64,000 bases of DNA, taken from an uncultured delta proteobacterium (lineage in GTDB: Bacteria > Myxococcota_A > Polyangia > Polyangiales > Polyangiaceae). The stretch lies in assembly GCA_963782055.1 (NCBI GenBank), contig CAWAIF010000003.1, positions 6,016,001 through 6,080,000 on the forward strand, written 5' to 3'. This document shows positions 59,456 to 64,000 of the stretch, piece by piece. The notes below the pieces were generated by a model. It searched no databases, was not told the DNA's origin, and saw only the letters and a list, made by a program, of their open reading frames with translations. Numbering within the stretch: position 1 is the first letter of the stretch; each line of letters starts with the position of its first letter. The translations under genes were made by a program, and so were the position numbers.

Positions 59456-59901
59456 CGATCTGCATCGTCGACACCAGCATCCTCGACGAGCTGCTCAACG
59501 TACCCGGAAAGGCGAACCACCACGTGGAGACGCTCAAGGACTACGAGGCGAAGCAGAAAGGGAGAGAGCAGTTCCTGGTGCCCGTGGCGGTGATGATCGA
59601 GACGGGGAACCACATCGCGCACGCGAGCGAGGGCGATGTACGTCGCAGTCGCGCGGAGGCCTTCGTGGAATTCGTGCGACGGGCACTTGATGGCACGAGC
59701 CCGTTCACTCCCACGCCGTTCCCGGACGACGCGGCGCTACGCAGTTGGCTCGGCGACTTCCCGGATCATGCGATGCGCAGGATCGGTCTGGCCGATCGGA
59801 GCCTCATCGCGCTGTGGCACGAGCAACAGGAGCTCCATCGCCGGAGGCGTGTGTACATCTGGGCGCTGGATGCGGAACTGGCCTCGCGGGACACCGGGTG
59901 A
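59452..59901 (+). CDS. PIN-like domain protein
   Basis: ICIVDTSIL, ETGNHI, GLADRSLI, IWALD: PIN acidic residue pattern; GTGA overlap with the ATPase stop. Confidence 0.75.
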   Translation: MTICIVDTSILDELLNVPGKANHHVETLKDYEAKQKGREQFLVPVAVMIETGNHIAHASEGDVRRSRAEAFVEFVRRALDGTSPFTPTPFPDDAALRSWLGDFPDHAMRRIGLADRSLIALWHEQQELHRRRRVYIWALDAELASRDTG

Positions 59902-60142
59902 GCACCTCAAGTCTGGCGCGCCGCTCCACCAATCTGGCGCGTGCAATCCCCATTCACGGGACCCGCACCGACGAACACCATCCTCCCCGTGTGGCGCGCG
60001 GAGCGCGACACCGTGGGGAGGACGCGCGCGCGCAGGGCCCACGCGCAAGCCCGCGTGCGCGCCGGATGGTGTGCACCATGCACATCGCCGGCGGCGCGCG
60101 CGCGGGCGAGCATGGGCCCGAGCACGCGCGAGGAGGGGCCTC

Positions 60143-61066
60143 CTACTCCCCGCTCCCCCCCCGCGCGACCTGCAGCTCCGGCGGCTTGATCGCCACGCGC
60201 GATCCCGCCGGCACGCTCTGCGTCATGAAGACGGAGCCGCCCACCACCGTGCCGGCGCCCAGCGTCGTCTCGCCGCCCAGCACCGTCGCGTTGGCGTAGA
60301 CCGTCACGTGATCCTCCACCGTGGGGTGCCGCTTGGTGTTGCGGATGACGCGGCCGCGCTCGTCGCGCGGGTGCGAGAGCGCGCCGAGGGTCACGCCCTG
60401 GTAGAGCTTCACGTGATCGCCGATCTCCGTCGTCTCCCCGACGACGACGCCCGTCGCGTGATCGATGAAGAAGGAGCCGCCCACGCTGGCGCCGGGGTGG
60501 ATGTCGGCGCCGGTGGTGGCGTGCGCCCACTCCGTCATGATGCGCGGCATCAGCGGGATCCCCATCTCGTGAAGCTCGTGGGCGATGCGGTAGACGGTGA
60601 CGGCGAGCATCCCCGGGTACGCGAGGATGACCTCGTCCAGGTTGGTGGCGGCGGGATCGCCGTCGAAGGCGGCCTGCACGTCGTCGAGCAGGCATGCACG
60701 CACCTCGGGAAGCCGGGCGAGCAGACGTCCGGCGAGCTGCCGCGCCGCCGCCGCGCAGTCCTGCTCCGAGAGGGTGCCCTCGTTCTCGGCCGCGTAGCAG
60801 AGACACTGGCCGATCTGCCGCGTGAGCTTCTCCCGCAGCGTCGTCAGGAGCACGCCCACGTGGTAGCCCACGTTCTCGTCGGTGAGGTCCTGCCTGCCGT
60901 AGTAGCCGGGGTAAAAGAGCTGCAGGTAAAGCTCCAGGATGGCGATGATCTCGTCGCGGGAGGGCAAGAACCGGCGGTTGATGTGGTGGGCGCGGGGGTC
61001 GCCGCGGTAGCTCGCGAGCAGCGCGTCGACGAGCGCCGGGAGCTCGGTGGACTCGGTGGGGTTCAT
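60143..61066 (-). CDS. cysE: Serine O-acetyltransferase
   Basis: GDPAA, YPG, YRIAH, TGADIHPGA, FFIDHATGVVVGET, YQGVTLGA, KRHPT. Confidence 0.95.
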   Translation of the reverse strand: MNPTESTELPALVDALLASYRGDPRAHHINRRFLPSRDEIIAILELYLQLFYPGYYGRQDLTDENVGYHVGVLLTTLREKLTRQIGQCLCYAAENEGTLSEQDCAAAARQLAGRLLARLPEVRACLLDDVQAAFDGDPAATNLDEVILAYPGMLAVTVYRIAHELHEMGIPLMPRIMTEWAHATTGADIHPGASVGGSFFIDHATGVVVGETTEIGDHVKLYQGVTLGALSHPRDERGRVIRNTKRHPTVEDHVTVYANATVLGGETTLGAGTVVGGSVFMTQSVPAGSRVAIKPPELQVARGGSGE

Positions 61067-61101
61067 CGGGCCGCAGCTTAGCCCGATCGGGAGGAGGCCG
61101 C

Positions 61102-61653
61102 TCAGGCGGGCCGCACCGCCGGCACGCTCCGGGAGCTGCGGAGCGTGCGCATGGTCATGGCGCGGACGATGGCCATGCCGAAGGAGCGCGCCACGTCCGG
61201 GTCGCGCGCGGTGATCAGGTTGCGGTCGATCATCAGACGCCGCGGGGCCACGAGCGCCCCCGCCCGCTCCAGCTCGGCGACCTCGGTGGGGTACGCGGTG
61301 ACACGCCGGCCCGCGAGGAGCCCCGCGTTCGCCAGGATGACCGGGGCGATGCAGATCGCCGCGACCACCTTGCCCGCGGCGAAGAGCTCGCGGGCGGCGT
61401 GGAGCGCGGCCGGGTCGGCGAAGAGCTCCCTGGCGCCCGGCCCGCCGATGAAGGCGACGGCGTCGAAGGTGCTCGCGTCGACGGCATCCAGGGCCTCGGC
61501 GGTCACGGTGCCGCCGCGCGTGCCGGTGCACTCGCCGGCGGAGCGGCTCGCCACGACACACTGGTGCCCGGCACCCTCCAAAGCCTCCCTCGTCTTGAAG
61601 AACTCCTCGTCGCGGAAGCCCTGTCGTGCGACGACCAGCAACACCTTCGCCAT
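61102..61653 (-). CDS. DJ-1/PfpI family protein
   Basis: GFRDEE, FIGGPG, AAICIAP, NLITARDP. Confidence 0.9.
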   Translation of the reverse strand: MAKVLLVVARQGFRDEEFFKTREALEGAGHQCVVASRSAGECTGTRGGTVTAEALDAVDASTFDAVAFIGGPGARELFADPAALHAARELFAAGKVVAAICIAPVILANAGLLAGRRVTAYPTEVAELERAGALVAPRRLMIDRNLITARDPDVARSFGMAIVRAMTMRTLRSSRSVPAVRPA

Positions 61654-61677
61654 GGGTGCACCTCGTCGCGCGGGGCT

Positions 61678-61693
61678 TGCGAGCGCCATACCA
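61678..61693 (-). promoter_or_regulatory. Putative sigma-54 promoter for the DJ-1 gene
   Basis: Minus strand TGGTATGGCGCTCGCA (GG-N10-GC). Confidence 0.5.
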
Positions 61694-61782
61694 TCCCGAG
61701 AAACCTCGCAAGGCGAGCTCCGGACGGGCGCAGGCGGTGCGCCTCGTGGCGAAAGGAGTGTTGCCCTCGCCGCGGCCGCCCC

Positions 61783-62175
61783 TCACTCCGCGGCAGCGTC
61801 CGCCGCCGCGTCGTCGGCCGGGGCCGCGTCGTCGACCAGGGCCGCGTCGTCCGCCCCGGCGTCGTCCGGCTCCGCCGCGTTCTCGCACTCGTCGGCAATC
61901 TGGCAGGTCTCCGCCTGGCCGACGCACACCCGGTGCGTGTCGTCGAAGACGGTGTCGCAGTAGCCGCCGGCGTCCTCCAGGGTGCAGTCGAGCGGCCTCA
62001 CCCCGCAGAGCTGCTCCAGCCGGTCGCACACCTGGGCGCACGTGGGCGGGGCGTCGGTGGAGCCCACCTTCGGCACCTGGCTGCCGTCGATCCCCCCGGC
62101 GTCCCCGCAGCCGGCGAGGAGCGCGAGGGCCGCCACCACCACCACCGCGCCCCCCGTGCATCGCCATCCGCTCAC
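61783..62175 (-). CDS. Small Cys-rich lipoprotein
   Basis: LLAGC lipobox; CAQVCDRLEQLC; acidic tail. Confidence 0.7.
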   Translation of the reverse strand: MSGWRCTGGAVVVVAALALLAGCGDAGGIDGSQVPKVGSTDAPPTCAQVCDRLEQLCGVRPLDCTLEDAGGYCDTVFDDTHRVCVGQAETCQIADECENAAEPDDAGADDAALVDDAAPADDAAADAAAE

Positions 62176-62329
62176 CAGGGCCAGCATAGGCGGCGCCGGC
62201 GGGCCATGGCCACCCGCGAAACTAGCGGCACCGTGGCGTGGCGCCATGGTACTTTGTCCCCCGGTGCCCCACACGCGGGGCGGACAAGACCATGGCGAAG
62301 CATTGGGGGCGACCAGCGGGGGGACGCCG

Positions 62330-62791
62330 GTGAACGGCGCTGATCCCACCGTGGTGCCCGACCCCTCCCCGCAATCCTCCCCTACCCTCCGCGGCGGCTC
62401 GGTGGAGACACTCCCGCCCCCGCGACCTCGCCGCAGGAAGCGCCTTCCGGCGGCCGTCCTGCTGGCCGGAGGGATCGCCCTGCTCGGGCTGGGAAGCGCC
62501 CTCGCCGCGCTCGTCATCCGCGTCGTCGCGCCCCCCGTCGGGCTGGCGCCCGCCGCCCCCATCTCCACCGGCTCGGTCGCGGCGCGGGTCGACCCGTCCG
62601 CCGCTTCCCTGGCGCCGAGCGCGAGCGTCGCCCAGCCGAGCGCGGTGGTGTCGGCCACCCCACCACCCACCGCCACGGCGCATCACCTGTCCCGCGGCGG
62701 CACGCCCGCGCACTTCCACCCCCACCCCACGGCCAGACCGAAGGGCGGGACGGGCAGCGGGCCCAACCTGGACATCCAGCGCGAGCGCTGA
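62330..62791 (+). CDS. Single-TM Pro/Ser-rich protein resembling a Ser/Thr kinase C-terminal tail
   Basis: RRRKR followed by a TM helix and a low-complexity tail. Start uncertain. Confidence 0.5.
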   Translation: MNGADPTVVPDPSPQSSPTLRGGSVETLPPPRPRRRKRLPAAVLLAGGIALLGLGSALAALVIRVVAPPVGLAPAAPISTGSVAARVDPSAASLAPSASVAQPSAVVSATPPPTATAHHLSRGGTPAHFHPHPTARPKGGTGSGPNLDIQRER

Positions 62792-62808
62792 GCAGAGCAC
62801 GCCACGGA

Positions 62809-64000
62809 ATGACACGCCGCCCGCGCCGGACCTCCTTGACGCATCGACGATGGGCCCGCCTCGCGTGCGCGCTCCTGCTCGCCCTCGGCTTCTCCCTCGC
62901 CGCCGCGCGGCCCGCCCGCGCCGACAACCTCGCCGACGAGGCGGACCTGCAGTTCCAGCTCGGCGCCGACGCCTACGAGAAGGCCGACTTCAAGGTGGCT
63001 CTCGAGCACTTCCTCACGTCCAACCGGCTCGTCCCCAACCGCAACGTCCTGTTCAACATCGCGCGGACCTACGAGCAGCTCCACGAGGCGCCCGACGCCT
63101 ACCGCTACTACGTCGACGCCCTGGCCGGCGAGACGCGCGCGGCGCAGGTCCGGCGCATCCACGACGCCCTGGCCCGCGTCGCGCCGAGCGTCGCGGTGCT
63201 GAAGGTGATCACCCAGCCCCCCGGCGCCACCGTGTACCTCGACCGCAAGGACCTCGGCCCGCGCGGCAACACGCCGGCGGATCTGGGCCTCCCCTCCGGC
63301 CACCACAAGGTCATCGTGGAGCTCGCCGGCTACGAGACGGCGATCCAGGACAGCGTGGAGGTGAAGGTCGGCAAGCAGACGCGCGTGGAGATGCGCCTGG
63401 TGCCCATCCTGGGCACCGTCCACGTCGGCGGCGAGCCCGGCGCGCAGGTGCGCATCGACAGCGAGGACTCGCCGGTCAAGTGCACCGTCCCGTGCTCCAC
63501 GCAGATCCCGCCTGGCCGCCACGCGGTCATCGTCTCCAAGGAGGGCTACCAGACGCTGGATCTGCCCATCAACCTGCCGCCGCGGGGCGCGGTCACGGTG
63601 CGCGCGCGCATGGCGACGGTGACCGGCTCGGTGGTGGTCAACACCGACATCCACGACGCGCTCATCACGGTGGACGGCCAGCCCAGCGGGTTCACGCCGG
63701 CGGTCATCAACGTGCCCATCGGGACGCACACGCTCCGCGTGACGCTCTCCGGCTTCCGGCCCATCGAGAAGACCATCGTGGTGCGCAAGGGCGCGCAGGT
63801 GAAGCTGGACCTGCAGCTGAGCACCCTGGAGGAGGTGAGCGCGGCCTCCCGCTTCACCGAGTCCATCCAGGACGCGCCCGCGTCGGTCACCGTCATCACG
63901 CAGCAGGAGCTGCGGGCGATGGCGTACCCCACCATCGCCGAGGCCATCCGCGGCATCCGCGGCATGTACCTCTCGTACGACACCAGCTACGACACCATCG
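62809..64000 (+). CDS. TonB-dependent receptor with N-terminal TPR and PEGA domains (partial)
   Basis: Not in ORF track. Signal ARA-D; LEHFLTSNRLVPNRNVLFNIARTYE; ITQPPGATVYLD (PEGA); VSAASRFTESIQDAPASVTVIT (plug). Confidence 0.9.
   Translation, partial: MTRRPRRTSLTHRRWARLACALLLALGFSLAAARPARADNLADEADLQFQLGADAYEKADFKVALEHFLTSNRLVPNRNVLFNIARTYEQLHEAPDAYRYYVDALAGETRAAQVRRIHDALARVAPSVAVLKVITQPPGATVYLDRKDLGPRGNTPADLGLPSGHHKVIVELAGYETAIQDSVEVKVGKQTRVEMRLVPILGTVHVGGEPGAQVRIDSEDSPVKCTVPCSTQIPPGRHAVIVSKEGYQTLDLPINLPPRGAVTVRARMATVTGSVVVNTDIHDALITVDGQPSGFTPAVINVPIGTHTLRVTLSGFRPIEKTIVVRKGAQVKLDLQLSTLEEVSAASRFTESIQDAPASVTVITQQELRAMAYPTIAEAIRGIRGMYLSYDTSYDTI

Noticed and set aside
59908..59941. Short direct repeat TCTGGCGCG after the PIN gene as an att site
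   Set aside because: Only 9 nt, I saw no matching copy at the left end of the module, and there is no integrase.

Overview
Very GC-rich, gene-dense chromosomal window with the hallmarks of a myxobacterium, most likely Polyangiales: MYXO-CTERM-like tails, many Cys-rich lipoproteins, a PEGA/TPR TonB-dependent receptor and sigma-54 signalling. I read about 55 genes and found no rRNA, tRNA, CRISPR array or transposase. Main content: a sigma-54 response regulator, two histidine kinases, a PP2C-cNMP phosphatase, secreted hydrolases (amidase, two phosphoesterases, S8 protease), an anthranilate/benzoate-CoA-type catabolic cluster, Sua5, an acyl-CoA carboxylase beta subunit, an M14 peptidase, a LaoAB-like GMC pair, cysE and DJ-1. 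Best candidates for something undescribed: (1) an HhH protein / pentapeptide-repeat-bactofilin fusion / bactofilin operon; (2) a compositionally foreign ABC-ATPase + PIN pair resembling a defence or toxin-antitoxin module; (3) a MarR cassette present twice, each copy carrying the same upstream tandem repeats, covarying palindrome and sigma-54 promoter; (4) a DUF455 di-iron + ATP-grasp pair coupled to the aromatic operon. Two window-wide patterns: all four apparent frameshifts lie in or beside GATC, probably methylation-linked sequencing errors, and many genes have a promoter element immediately upstream of the start codon, suggesting leaderless mRNAs. All family calls come from motif recognition by eye, not database searches.
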